Assembly: GCF_024700885.2 (NCBI RefSeq)
Contig: NZ_CP117016.1
Reading direction: 5' to 3' (one strand)
DNA: 64,000 nt
DNA from: Escherichia coli
GTDB lineage: Bacteria; Pseudomonadota; Gammaproteobacteria; Enterobacterales; Enterobacteriaceae
Shown here piece after piece: positions 10,479 through 20,132 of the stretch. Made by a program: the position numbers and the translations under genes. Each line of letters starts with the position of its first letter. The stretch's first letter is position 1. The notes beneath the pieces were generated by a model, which did not search any database, had not been told where the DNA came from, and saw nothing but the letters and a program-made list of their open reading frames with translations.

Positions 10479-13400
10479 ATGAAACGACATCTGAATACCT
10501 GCTACAGGCTGGTATGGAATCACATTACGGGCGCTTTCGTGGTTGCCTCCGAACTGGCCCGCGCACGGGGTAAACGTGGCGGTGTGGCGGTTGCACTGTC
10601 TCTTGCCGCAGTCACGTCACTCCCGGTGCTGGCTGCTGACATCGTTGTGCACCCGGGAGAAACCGTGAACGGCGGAACACTGGCAAATCATGACAACCAG
10701 ATTGTCTTCGGTACGACCAACGGAATGACCATCAGTACCGGGCTGGAGTATGGGCCGGATAACGAGGCCAATACCGGCGGGCAATGGGTACAGGATGGCG
10801 GAACAGCCAACAAAACGACTGTCACCAGTGGTGGTCTTCAGAGAGTGAACCCCGGTGGAAGTGTCTCAGACACGGTTATCAGTGCCGGAGGCGGACAGAG
10901 CCTTCAGGGACGGGCAGTGAACACCACGCTGAATGGTGGCGAACAGTGGATGCATGAGGGGGCGATAGCCACAGGAACCGTCATTAATGATAAGGGCTGG
11001 CAGGTCGTCAAGCCCGGTACAGTGGCAACGGATACCGTTGTTAATACCGGGGCGGAAGGGGGACCGGATGCAGAAAACGGTGATACCGGGCAGTTTGTTC
11101 GCGGGGATGCCGTACGCACAACCATCAATAAAAACGGTCGCCAGATTGTGAGAGCTGAAGGAACGGCAAATACCACTGTGGTTTATGCCGGCGGCGACCA
11201 GACTGTACATGGTCACGCACTGGATACCACGCTGAATGGGGGATACCAGTATGTGCACAACGGCGGTACAGCGTCTGACACTGTTGTGAACAGTGACGGC
11301 TGGCAGATTGTCAAAAACGGGGGTGTGGCCGGGAATACCACCGTTAATCAGAAGGGCAGACTGCAGGTGGACGCCGGTGGTACAGCCACGAATGTCACCC
11401 TGAAGCAGGGCGGCGCACTGGTTACCAGTACGGCTGCAACCGTTACCGGCATAAACCGCCTGGGAGCATTCTCTGTTGTGGAGGGTAAAGCTGATAATGT
11501 CGTACTGGAAAATGGCGGACGCCTGGATGTGCTGACCGGACACACAGCCACTAATACCCGCGTGGATGATGGCGGAACGCTGGATGTCCGCAACGGTGGC
11601 ACCGCCACCACCGTATCCATGGGAAATGGCGGTGTACTGCTGGCCGATTCCGGTGCCGCTGTCAGTGGTACCCGGAGCGACGGAAAGGCATTCAGTATCG
11701 GAGGCGGTCAGGCGGATGCCCTGATGCTGGAAAAAGGCAGTTCATTCACGCTGAACGCCGGTGATACGGCCACGGATACCACGGTAAATGGCGGACTGTT
11801 CACCGCCAGGGGCGGCACACTGGCGGGCACCACCACGCTGAATAACGGCGCCATACTTACCCTTTCCGGGAAGACGGTGAACAACGATACCCTGACCATC
11901 CGTGAAGGCGATGCACTCCTGCAGGGAGGCTCTCTCACCGGTAACGGCAGCGTGGAAAAATCAGGAAGTGGCACACTCACTGTCAGCAACACCACACTCA
12001 CCCAGAAAGCCGTCAACCTGAATGAAGGCACGCTGACGCTGAACGACAGTACCGTCACCACGGATGTCATTGCTCAGCGCGGTACAGCCCTGAAGCTGAC
12101 CGGCAGCACTGTGCTGAACGGTGCCATTGACCCCACGAATGTCACTCTCGCCTCCGGTGCCACCTGGAATATCCCCGATAACGCCACGGTGCAGTCGGTG
12201 GTGGATGACCTCAGCCATGCCGGACAGATTCATTTCACCTCCACCCGCACAGGGAAGTTCGTACCGGCAACCCTGAAAGTGAAAAACCTGAACGGACAGA
12301 ATGGCACCATCAGCCTGCGTGTACGCCCGGATATGGCACAGAACAATGCTGACAGACTGGTCATTGACGGCGGCAGGGCAACCGGAAAAACCATCCTGAA
12401 CCTGGTGAACGCCGGCAACAGTGCGTCGGGGCTGGCGACCAGCGGTAAGGGTATTCAGGTGGTGGAAGCCATTAACGGTGCCACCACGGAGGAAGGGGCC
12501 TTTGTCCAGGGGAACAGGCTGCAGGCCGGTGCCTTTAACTACTCCCTCAACCGGGACAGTGATGAGAGCTGGTATCTGCGCAGTGAAAATGCTTATCGTG
12601 CAGAAGTCCCCCTGTATGCCTCCATGCTGACACAGGCAATGGACTATGACCGGATTGTGGCAGGCTCCCGCAGCCATCAGACCGGTGTAAATGGTGAAAA
12701 CAACAGCGTCCGTCTCAGCATTCAGGGCGGTCATCTCGGTCACGATGACAATGGCGGTATTGCCCGTGGGCCACGCCGGAAAGCAGCGGCAGCTATGGCT
12801 TCGTCCGCCTGGAGGGTGACCTGCTGAGAACAGAGGTTGCCGGTATGTCTGTGACCGCAGGGATATATGGTGCTGCAGGCCATTCTTCCGTTGATGTTAA
12901 GGATGATGACGCCTCCCGTGCCGGCACGGTCCGGGATGATGCCGGCAGCCTGGGCGGATACCTGAATCTGATACACAACGCCTCCGGACTGTGGGCTGAC
13001 ATTGTGGCCCTGGGAACCCGCCACAGCATGAAAGCGTCAACGGACAATAACGACTTCCGCGCCCGGGGTTGGGGCTGGCTGGGTTCACTGGAAACCGGTC
13101 TGCCCTTCAGTATCACTGACAACCTGATGCTGGAGCCACAACTGCAGTATACCTGGCAGGGACTTTCCCTGGATGACGGTAAGGACAACGCCGGTTATGT
13201 GAAGTTCGGGCATGGCAGTGCACAACATGTGCGTGCCGGTTTCCGTCTGGGCAGCCACAACGATATGACCTTTGGCGAAGGCACCTCATCCCGTGCCCCC
13301 CTGCGTGACAGTGCAAAACACAGTGTGAGTGAATTACCGGTGAACTGGTGGGTACAGCCTTCTGTTATCCGCACCTTCAGCTCCCGGGGAGATATGCGTG

Positions 13401-13597
13401 TGGGGACTTCCACTGCAGGCAGCGGGATGACGTTCTCTCCCTCACAGAATGGCACATCACTGGACCTGCAGGCCGGACTGGAAGCCCGTGTCCGGGAAAA
13501 TATCACCCTGGGCGTTCAGGCCGGTTATGCCCACAGCGTCAGCGGCAGCAGCGCTGAAGGGTATAACGGTCAGGCCACACTGAATGTGACCTTCTGA
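10479..13597 (+). pseudogene. flu: antigen 43 autotransporter, 1-nt deletion frameshift at 12768-12770
   Basis: MKRHLNTCYRLVWNHITGAFVVASELARARGKRGG... through the C-terminal ...GYNGQATLNVTF. The span is 3119 nt (3n-1). The first frame reads ...GIARG (ggg 12768-70). The second frame is open from 12770 as ATPESSGSYGFVRLEGDLLRTEVAGMSVTAG. So a GGGG run appears as GGG. Confidence 0.9.
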
Positions 13598-13617
13598 CAG
13601 AACCATCGCCTCTCTGT

Positions 13618-13642
13618 GGTCCCGGTCATCATGACCGGGACC
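13618..13642 (+). terminator. GC-rich palindrome downstream of flu
   Basis: GGTCCCGGTCAT-c-ATGACCGGGACC lies 20 nt after the flu stop. There is no U-tract, so its function is uncertain. Confidence 0.35.
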
Positions 13643-13717
13643 CGGACCGGCGCAACGGATCTTCAACGCCACATTCGCTGGCATTAACAATAACATGATA
13701 TTCATCACGGAGTGACT

Positions 13718-16234
13718 ATGTTACAGATAGTCGGCGCGCTGATCCTGCTGATCGCAGGATTTGCCATTCTTCGCCTTTTGTTCAGAGCATTAATCAGCAC
13801 GGCTTCTGCGCTGGCAGGGCTCATATTGCTGTGTCTGTTCGGCCCGGCCTTACTGGCTGGCTATATCACCGAACGCATAACCCGGTTGTTCCATATTCGC
13901 TGGCTGGCAGGCGTATTTCTGACGATTGCCGGAATGATCATCAGCTTCATGTGGGGACTTGATGGTAAACATATCGCGCTGGAGGCTCACACCTTTGACT
14001 CTGTGAAATTTATTCTGACCACCGCTCTCGCCGGTGGTCTGCTGGCTGTTCCCCTGCAGATCAAAAACATTCAGCAGAACGGGATCACACCAGAAGATAT
14101 CAGCAAGGAAATTAACGGGTATTACTGCTGTTTTTATACTGCCTTTTTCCTTATGGCGTGTTCTGCATGCGCACCATTGATCGCGTTACAGTACGATATT
14201 TCACCGTCACTGATGTGGTGGGGCGGGTTGTTGTACTGGCTGGCTGCATTAGTGACGCTGCTATGGGCGGCCAGCCAGATCCAGGCGCTGAAAAAACTGA
14301 CCTGTGCCATCAGCCAGACACTGGAAGAACAACCGGTGCTCAACAGTAAATCGTGGCTGACCAGTTTGCAAAACGATTACAGCCTTCCTGACTCACTGAC
14401 GGAGCGCATCTGGCTGACGCTCATTTCTCAACGGATTTCCCGGGGAGAGCTGAGGGAATTTGAACTGGCAGACGGAAACTGGTTACTGAACAATGCCTGG
14501 TATGAAAGAAACATGGCAGGGTTTAACGAACAGTTGAAAGAGAACCTGTCATTCACACCTGATGAACTGAAAACGCTCTTCCGGAACCGCCTGAATTTAT
14601 CACCGGAAGCGAATGACGATTTTCTCGATCGTTGCCTGGACGGCGGTGACTGGTATCCCTTTTCAGAAGGTCGCCGTTTTGTATCATTCCATCACGTGGA
14701 TGAGCTTCGTATCTGTGCCTCCTGCGGGCTGACAGAAGTACATCATGCCCCGGAAAATCATAAGCCGGATCCGGAATGGTACTGCTCCTCTCTTTGTCGC
14801 GAAACAGAAACACTGTGTCAGGAAATTTATGAACGCCCTTACAACAGCTTTATTTCCGATGCAACGGCGAATGGTCTGATTCTCATGAAACTGCCGGAAA
14901 CCTGGAGTACAAATGAGAAAATGTTTGCTTCCGGAGGGCAGGGACATGGGTTTGCCGCTGAACGGGGAAACCATATTGTCGACAGAGTCCGTCTGAAAAA
15001 CGCACGGATCCTCGGTGATAATAATGCCAGAAATGGAGCAGACAGACTGGTCAGCGGAACAGAAATCCAGACGAAATATTGTTCAACTGCAGCCCGTAGC
15101 GTCGGTGCGGCATTCGACGGACAAAACGGACAGTATCGTTACATGGGAAATAATGGCCCCATGCAACTGGAAGTCCCCCGTGATCAGTATGCCGGCGCTG
15201 TTGAAACCATGAGGAATAAGATCCGCGAAGGTAAAGTACCCGGTGTAACCGATCCCGCAGAAGCGTCCCGGCTGATTCGTCGGGGACATCTGACTTATAC
15301 TCAGGCCCGTAATATCACCCGGTTCGGGACCATCGAATCGGTCACTTATGATATTGCCGAGGGTTCGGTTGTCAGTCTGGCGGCCGGAGGGATCAGTTTT
15401 GCCCTGACGGCATCGGTCTTCTGGCTCAGCACCGGCGATCGCGATGCTGCCCTGCAGACAGCTGCTGTCCAGGCAGGAAAAACCTTCACCCGCACACTGG
15501 CTGTCTACATCACAACCCAGCAACTCCACCGGCTCAGTGTTGTTCAGGGTATGCTGAAGCACATTGATTTTTCGACTGCCAGCCCGACTGTCCGACTGGC
15601 TCTTCAGAAGGGGACCGGTGCAGGAAATATCAGTGCCCTGAACAAAGTAATGAAGGGTACGCTGGTGACATCTCTGGCACTGGTAGCTGTCACAACCGGC
15701 CCTGACATGATCAAAATGTTGCGGGGACGGATCTCCGGTGCGCAGTTCATCAGGAATCTTGCCGTGGCATCTTCCGGTGTGGCAGGTGGAGCTGTCGGGT
15801 CAGTGGCGGGCGGGATACTGTTCAGTCCACTGGGACCATTTGGTGCACTGACAGGGCGTGTGGTTGGCGGTGTTCTGGGGGGAATGATTGCCTCCGCTGT
15901 ATCAGGAAAAATTGCCGGAGCGCTGGTTGAAGAAGATCGCGTCAAAATTCTGGCAATGATTCAGGAGCAGGTGACATGGCTTGCCGGCAGTTTCCTGCTG
16001 ACCGGACATGAGATTGAAAATCTGAACGAGAATCTGGCCCGTGTTATCGATCAGAATGCTCTGGAGATCATTTTCGCCGCCGGTATACAACAACGGGCCG
16101 CGACCAATATGTTAATCAAACCACTGGTGGTCAGTATCATCAGGCAACGCCCCGTCATGGAATATGATGCATCCCATCTCGGCAATATGGTTAACCGACT
16201 GGAAGAAGCATTACCCCCGGAGTTACCGGCATAA
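13718..16234 (+). CDS. yeeR: inner-membrane protein YeeR, long (838-aa) form
   Basis: MLQIVGALILLIAGFAILRLLFRALISTASALAG... GGAG lies 5 nt before ATG 13718. There are several N-terminal TM helices, a central Cys cluster (CASCG...CSSLC), a GGQGHGFAAERGN motif, and a Gly-rich hydrophobic C-terminal region. Confidence 0.8.
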   Translation: MLQIVGALILLIAGFAILRLLFRALISTASALAGLILLCLFGPALLAGYITERITRLFHIRWLAGVFLTIAGMIISFMWGLDGKHIALEAHTFDSVKFILTTALAGGLLAVPLQIKNIQQNGITPEDISKEINGYYCCFYTAFFLMACSACAPLIALQYDISPSLMWWGGLLYWLAALVTLLWAASQIQALKKLTCAISQTLEEQPVLNSKSWLTSLQNDYSLPDSLTERIWLTLISQRISRGELREFELADGNWLLNNAWYERNMAGFNEQLKENLSFTPDELKTLFRNRLNLSPEANDDFLDRCLDGGDWYPFSEGRRFVSFHHVDELRICASCGLTEVHHAPENHKPDPEWYCSSLCRETETLCQEIYERPYNSFISDATANGLILMKLPETWSTNEKMFASGGQGHGFAAERGNHIVDRVRLKNARILGDNNARNGADRLVSGTEIQTKYCSTAARSVGAAFDGQNGQYRYMGNNGPMQLEVPRDQYAGAVETMRNKIREGKVPGVTDPAEASRLIRRGHLTYTQARNITRFGTIESVTYDIAEGSVVSLAAGGISFALTASVFWLSTGDRDAALQTAAVQAGKTFTRTLAVYITTQQLHRLSVVQGMLKHIDFSTASPTVRLALQKGTGAGNISALNKVMKGTLVTSLALVAVTTGPDMIKMLRGRISGAQFIRNLAVASSGVAGGAVGSVAGGILFSPLGPFGALTGRVVGGVLGGMIASAVSGKIAGALVEEDRVKILAMIQEQVTWLAGSFLLTGHEIENLNENLARVIDQNALEIIFAAGIQQRAATNMLIKPLVVSIIRQRPVMEYDASHLGNMVNRLEEALPPELPA

Positions 16235-16309
16235 CGGCTATTCTGCGCCTTTTACGCTTTATCACCTGATTTGTCAGTGTCATCGTCATGACTCAGAGAG
16301 GTAAATACC

Positions 16310-16765
16310 ATGATTCACCTGTTCAAAACCTGCATGATTACCGCCTTCATTCTGGGGTTAACGTGGTCTGCCCCACTCCGGGCACAGGATCAACGTTACA
16401 TCAGTATACGCAATACAGATACGATATGGCTCCCGGGAAATATTTGTGCTTACCAGTTCCGGCTGGATAATGGCGGAAACGATGAAGGATTTGGCCCCCT
16501 CACCATCACTCTGCAACTCAAAGACAAATATGGTCAGACGCTGGTGACCAGAAAAATGGAAACGGAAGCCTTTGGTGACAGTAATGCCACGCGAACCACA
16601 GACGCATTTCTGGAAACGGAGTGCGTGGAAAATGTCGCCACAACCGAAATCATTAAAGCAACTGAAGAAAGTAACGGCCATCGTGTCAGTCTGCCGTTAT
16701 CGGTTTTCAATCCCCAGGACTACCATCCACTGCTGATTACCGTTTCCGGAAAAAACGTTAACTGA
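16310..16765 (+). CDS. secreted protein, probably IrmA family
   Basis: The signal peptide is MIHLFKTCMITAFILGLTWSAPLRA/QD. It is 151 aa and followed by a terminator. The IrmA assignment is from memory of annotations downstream of yeeR. Confidence 0.6.
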   Translation: MIHLFKTCMITAFILGLTWSAPLRAQDQRYISIRNTDTIWLPGNICAYQFRLDNGGNDEGFGPLTITLQLKDKYGQTLVTRKMETEAFGDSNATRTTDAFLETECVENVATTEIIKATEESNGHRVSLPLSVFNPQDYHPLLITVSGKNVN

Positions 16766-16790
16766 TCCCTGAAGTCAGTTTCATGCTTCA

Positions 16791-16825
16791 GCCTCTGTCA
16801 CAACGCGTGGCAGAGGCTTTTTATT
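16791..16825 (+). terminator. rho-independent terminator
   Basis: GCCTCTG-tcacaacgcgtgg-CAGAGGC followed by TTTTTATTT. Confidence 0.75.
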
Positions 16826-16843
16826 TATCAGGAGAAAACAGAT

Positions 16844-17077
16844 ATGCCGGGTTACACAGAGTATGTCCTGGCTGAAGGATCTTTCTCATACGGGCAGGCG
16901 GTTGCTGTCATAACCGCTTACCGCAATGTGTTTATCCAGGATGACCCGGGAATGCATTTCCGTCGGGTTATCCGCAACGCGGAAGGTCAGCGACGCTGGC
17001 GCTGCCGGAATTCTGAACCCGATGCCGGAAAGGTGCTTAATACGCGGCTCGCCAGTGACGGTCTTCTCAGACAATAA
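16844..17077 (+). CDS. DUF905-like small protein
   Basis: 77 aa, in the position of DUF905 genes in CP4-type islands (before DUF932). The assignment rests on synteny and memory. Confidence 0.55.
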   Translation: MPGYTEYVLAEGSFSYGQAVAVITAYRNVFIQDDPGMHFRRVIRNAEGQRRWRCRNSEPDAGKVLNTRLASDGLLRQ

Positions 17078-17100
17078 ACGTCATTCATTTCACCCATCAG

Positions 17101-17131
17101 GCCGCGTCTTCTCCGGGAGACGTGGCTTTTT
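17101..17131 (+). terminator. rho-independent terminator
   Basis: 11-bp stem GCCGCGTCTTC / GGGAGACGTGGC with a tetraloop, then TTTTTCATTT. Confidence 0.75.
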
Positions 17132-17176
17132 CATTTATTACACCAGTAAATCTTAACCACCGATAAGGAGCAAATT

Positions 17177-17995
17177 ATGCGACTAGCCAGTCGTTTTGGT
17201 TATGCGAACCAGATACGCCGTGACCGTCCGCTGACACACGAAGAACTGATGCACTATGTGCCGGGGATTTTCGGGGAAGATAAACACACGTCCCGAAGCC
17301 AGAACTATACGTACATCCCCACCATCACCGTACTGGAAAGCCTGCAGCGGGAAGGCTTTCAGCCATTCTTCGCCTGCCAGACCCGTGTGCGCGACCCGGG
17401 CCGCCGGGGATACACAAAACACATGCTGCGTCTGCGGCGGGCCGGAGAGATAAACGGAGAACATGTCCCTGAAATTATTCTGCTCAACTCTCATGACGGT
17501 ACCTCCAGCTACCAGATGCTGCCGGGGTACTTCAGGTTCGTCTGCCAGAACGGCTGCGTCTGTGGTCAGTCTCTGGGGGAAGTACGTGTTCCGCACCGGG
17601 GAAATGTGGTGGACAGAGTCATTGAAGGGGCTTACGAGGTGGTGGGCGTGTTTGACCGGATAGAGGAGAAGCGTGATGCCATGCAGTCGCTGGTCCTGCC
17701 GCCACCGGCACGCCAGGCGCTGGCACAGGCGGCACTGACTTACCGTTATGGTGACGAACATCAGCCCGTCACCACCGCCGACATTCTGACGCCGCGACGC
17801 CGGGAGGATTACGGTAAGGACCTGTGGAGCGCATATCAGACCATCCAGGAGAATATGCTGAAAGGCGGGATTTCCGGTCGCAGTGCAAAAGGAAAACGTA
17901 TCCATACCCGGGCCATTCACAGCATTGATACCGACATTAAGCTCAATCGCGCATTGTGGGTGATGGCAGAAACGATGCTGGAGAGCCTGCGCTGA
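17177..17995 (+). CDS. DUF932 (YfjQ/YafZ-like) protein
   Basis: 272 aa: MRLASRFGYANQIRRDRPLTHEELMHYVPGIFGEDKHTSRSQNYTYIPT... The size and sequence are typical of the UPF0380 YfjQ/YafZ family. Confidence 0.8.
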   Translation: MRLASRFGYANQIRRDRPLTHEELMHYVPGIFGEDKHTSRSQNYTYIPTITVLESLQREGFQPFFACQTRVRDPGRRGYTKHMLRLRRAGEINGEHVPEIILLNSHDGTSSYQMLPGYFRFVCQNGCVCGQSLGEVRVPHRGNVVDRVIEGAYEVVGVFDRIEEKRDAMQSLVLPPPARQALAQAALTYRYGDEHQPVTTADILTPRRREDYGKDLWSAYQTIQENMLKGGISGRSAKGKRIHTRAIHSIDTDIKLNRALWVMAETMLESLR

Positions 17996-18076
17996 TGCCG
18001 TTTCCCTGAGTGAGGGAATCATTCAGCTTTCGTTCCTGAAAAACACACATTTATTTGTTATTTAAGGAGTTATCTC

Positions 18077-18556
18077 ATGAAAACCGTTTCTCAGAATACC
18101 CCCACAATTTATTCAGCTACAACACCAGAGAATAATCCGCCTCAGTTGGTTGCCAGCCTCGTCCCTGATGAACAGCGCATCAGCTTCTGGCCGCAGCATT
18201 TTGGCCTCATTCCACAGTGGGTGACCCTGGAGCCCCGTGTCTTCGGCTGGATGGACCGTCTGTGCGAAGACTACTGCGGTGGTATCTGGAATCTGTACAC
18301 CCTGAACAACGGCGGGGCATTTATGGCACCCGAACCGGATGACGATGATGACGAAACATGGGTACTGTTCAATGCCATGAACGGTAACCGCGCAGAAATG
18401 AGCCCGGAAGCCGCCGGTATTGCCGCCTGTCTGATGACGTACAGTCATCATGCCTGTCGTACGGAGAATTATGCCATGACGGTCCATTATTACCGGTTGC
18501 GGGATTACGCCCTGCAGCATCCGGAATGCAGCGCCATTATGCGCATCATCGACTGA
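18077..18556 (+). CDS. antirestriction protein (YfjX/YafX, ArdB/KlcA-like)
   Basis: ...ISFWPQHFGLIPQWVTLEPRVFGWMDRLCEDYCGGIWNLYTLNNGGAFMAPE... with an acidic DDDDDE tract. Conserved position in the island. Confidence 0.8.
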   Translation: MKTVSQNTPTIYSATTPENNPPQLVASLVPDEQRISFWPQHFGLIPQWVTLEPRVFGWMDRLCEDYCGGIWNLYTLNNGGAFMAPEPDDDDDETWVLFNAMNGNRAEMSPEAAGIAACLMTYSHHACRTENYAMTVHYYRLRDYALQHPECSAIMRIID

Positions 18557-18571
18557 ATGGAGAGAAGCACA

Positions 18572-19048
18572 ATGCAACAACTTTCCTTTCTGCCCGGAGA
18601 GATGACGCCCGGCGAGCGCAGCCTCATTCAACGGGCCCTGAAAACCCTGGACCGCCATCTTCATGAACCCGGCGTGGCCTTCACCTCCACCCGTGCGGCA
18701 CGGGAATGGCTGATTCTGAACATGGCGGGACTGGAGCGTGAAGAGTTCCGGGTGCTGTATCTGAATAACCAGAATCAGCTGATTGCCGGTGAAACCCTCT
18801 TCACCGGCACCATCAACCGCACGGAAGTCCATCCCCGGGAAGTGATTAAACGCGCCCTGTACCACAATGCCGCTGCCGTGGTACTGGCACACAATCACCC
18901 GTCCGGTGAAGTCACACCCAGTAAGGCAGACCGGCTTATCACCGAACGTCTGGTACAGGCACTGGGCCTGGTGGATATCCGGGTGCCGGACCATCTGATA
19001 GTCGGTGGCAACCAGGTTTTCTCCTTTGCCGAACATGGTCTGCTTTAA
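18572..19048 (+). CDS. yeeS: RadC-like JAB-domain protein
   Basis: MQQLSFLPGEMTPGERSLIQRALKTL...VLAHNHPSGEVTPSKADRLIT (JAMM motif H-x-H-P-S-G). Confidence 0.9.
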   Translation: MQQLSFLPGEMTPGERSLIQRALKTLDRHLHEPGVAFTSTRAAREWLILNMAGLEREEFRVLYLNNQNQLIAGETLFTGTINRTEVHPREVIKRALYHNAAAVVLAHNHPSGEVTPSKADRLITERLVQALGLVDIRVPDHLIVGGNQVFSFAEHGLL

Positions 19049-19110
19049 CCCTTCACAACCACATCACACCTGTTTTCACTTTTATCTTCTGTCTTCAGAG
19101 GTATCCCATT

Positions 19111-19332
19111 ATGAAAATTATCACCCGTGGTGAAGCCATGCGTATTCACCAACAACATCCGACATCCCGTCTTTTTCCGTTCTGTACCGGTAAATACCGC
19201 TGGCACGGCAGTGCTGAAGCGTATACCGGTCGTGAAGTGCAGGATATTCCCGGTGTGCTGGCCGTGTTTGCTGAACGCCGTAAGGACAGTTTTGGTCCGT
19301 ATGTCCGGCTGATGAGCGTCACCCTGAACTGA
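19111..19332 (+). CDS. yeeT: DUF987 protein
   Basis: MKIITRGEAMRIHQQHPTSRLFPFCTGKYRWHGSAEAYTGREVQDIPGVLAVFAERRKDSFGPYVRLMSVTLN. Confidence 0.9.
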   Translation: MKIITRGEAMRIHQQHPTSRLFPFCTGKYRWHGSAEAYTGREVQDIPGVLAVFAERRKDSFGPYVRLMSVTLN

Positions 19333-19405
19333 GTGGGAATTCTGATGAGCAGAATTATCGCCACTACCGGACCATTCTTAGCCGATTTTCTGTAAGGATT
19401 TTATC

Positions 19406-19774
19406 GTGTCAGACACACTCCCCGGGACAACACTTCCCGACGACAATCACGACCGCCCCTGGTGGGGGCTGCCCTGCACCGTGACGCCCTGTTTCGGGGC
19501 ACGTCTGGTGCAGGAGGGTAACCGGTTGCATTACCTTGCCGACCGCGCCGGTATCAGAGGCCTGTTCAGCGATGCAGATGCGTACCACCTGGACCAGGCC
19601 TTTCCGCTGCTGATGAAACAACTGGAACTCATGCTCACCAGCGGTGAACTGAATCCCCGCCATCAGCATACCGTCACGCTGTATGCAAAAGGGCTGACCT
19701 GCAAAGCCGATACCCTCAGCAGTTGTGGTTACGTTTATCTGGCTGTTTATCCGACGCCCGAAATGAAAAATTAA
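19406..19774 (+). CDS. cbeA: type IV antitoxin CbeA (YeeU)
   Basis: GTG start. MSDTLPGTTLPDDNHDRPWWGLPCTVTPCFGARLVQEGNRLHYLADRAGIRG...YPTPEMKN. Confidence 0.9.
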   Translation: MSDTLPGTTLPDDNHDRPWWGLPCTVTPCFGARLVQEGNRLHYLADRAGIRGLFSDADAYHLDQAFPLLMKQLELMLTSGELNPRHQHTVTLYAKGLTCKADTLSSCGYVYLAVYPTPEMKN

Positions 19775-19862
19775 CTCTCCAGAATAGCCTTCTGCTACGG
19801 CCTGGTGTTTTCACCACGCCACTTTTCCATTTTTATATCTGCATATCAGGAAAATCTTCAGT

Positions 19863-20057
19863 ATGAAAACATTACCTGTATTACCCGGGCAGGCGGCCAG
19901 TTCTCGCCCGTCTCCTGTTGAAATCTGGCAGATACTGCTGTCCCGACTGCTGGACCAGCACTATGGCCTCACACTGAATGACACACCTTTTGCCGATGAA
20001 CGTGTGATTGAGCAGCATATTGAGGCAGGCATTTCACTGTGTGATGCGGTGAACTGA
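19863..20057 (+). pseudogene. cbtA: cbtA (yeeV) toxin gene, 5' half (codons 1-64) truncated by prophage insertion
   Basis: [64 protein letters not shown], then TGA supplied by the first 3 nt of the prophage. The reading continues at 57175 (FLVEKYALVRTD...). Confidence 0.9.
20049..20054. repeat. target-site duplication, left copy (GTGAAC)
   Basis: The identical hexamer occurs at 57175-57180. Both are cbtA codons Val-Asn. Confidence 0.8.
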
Positions 20058-20099
20058 TGCGCCGCGCGATAAATGCACTCTATCTTGTGCGATAAATGG
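20055..20099 (+). repeat. prophage terminal repeat, late-gene end (putative transposase binding sites)
   Basis: TGATGCGCCGCGCGATAAATGCACTCTATCTTGTGCGATAAATGG. Position-for-position it matches the reverse complement of the other end: TGAT at 1-4, G(C/A)GATAAATG at 12-21, GTG(C/A)GATA at 33-40. Confidence 0.75.
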
Positions 20100-20132
20100 C
20101 ATCCACGCGGCGTTTCATTATTTGAAAAAGAA

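Noticed and set aside
12845-13597. Independent 250-aa gene for the Ag43 beta domain starting at ATG 12845
   Set aside because: The frame is already open from 12770 and reads on seamlessly from the passenger sequence. There is no SD. It is the downstream part of a frameshifted flu.
10866-13708. Many minus-strand ORFs (up to 260 aa) across flu
   Set aside because: They are shadows of the repetitive, GC-rich Ag43 passenger coding sequence.
17183-19036. Long minus-strand ORFs (279 aa at 17183-18022, 307 aa at 18113-19036) opposite the DUF932, antirestriction and yeeS genes
   Set aside because: They lie antisense to well-recognised genes in GC-rich DNA, have no SD, and their products are Arg/Gly/His-rich and low-complexity. 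They are typical shadow ORFs.
20050-20054. Canonical 5-bp Mu-type duplication (TGAAC or GTGAA) instead of 6 bp
   Set aside because: Either 5-bp choice forces one phage terminus to lose the symmetric TGAT/ATCA ends (CTGAT... or ...ATCAG). This is kept as an open alternative in the findings rather than adopted.
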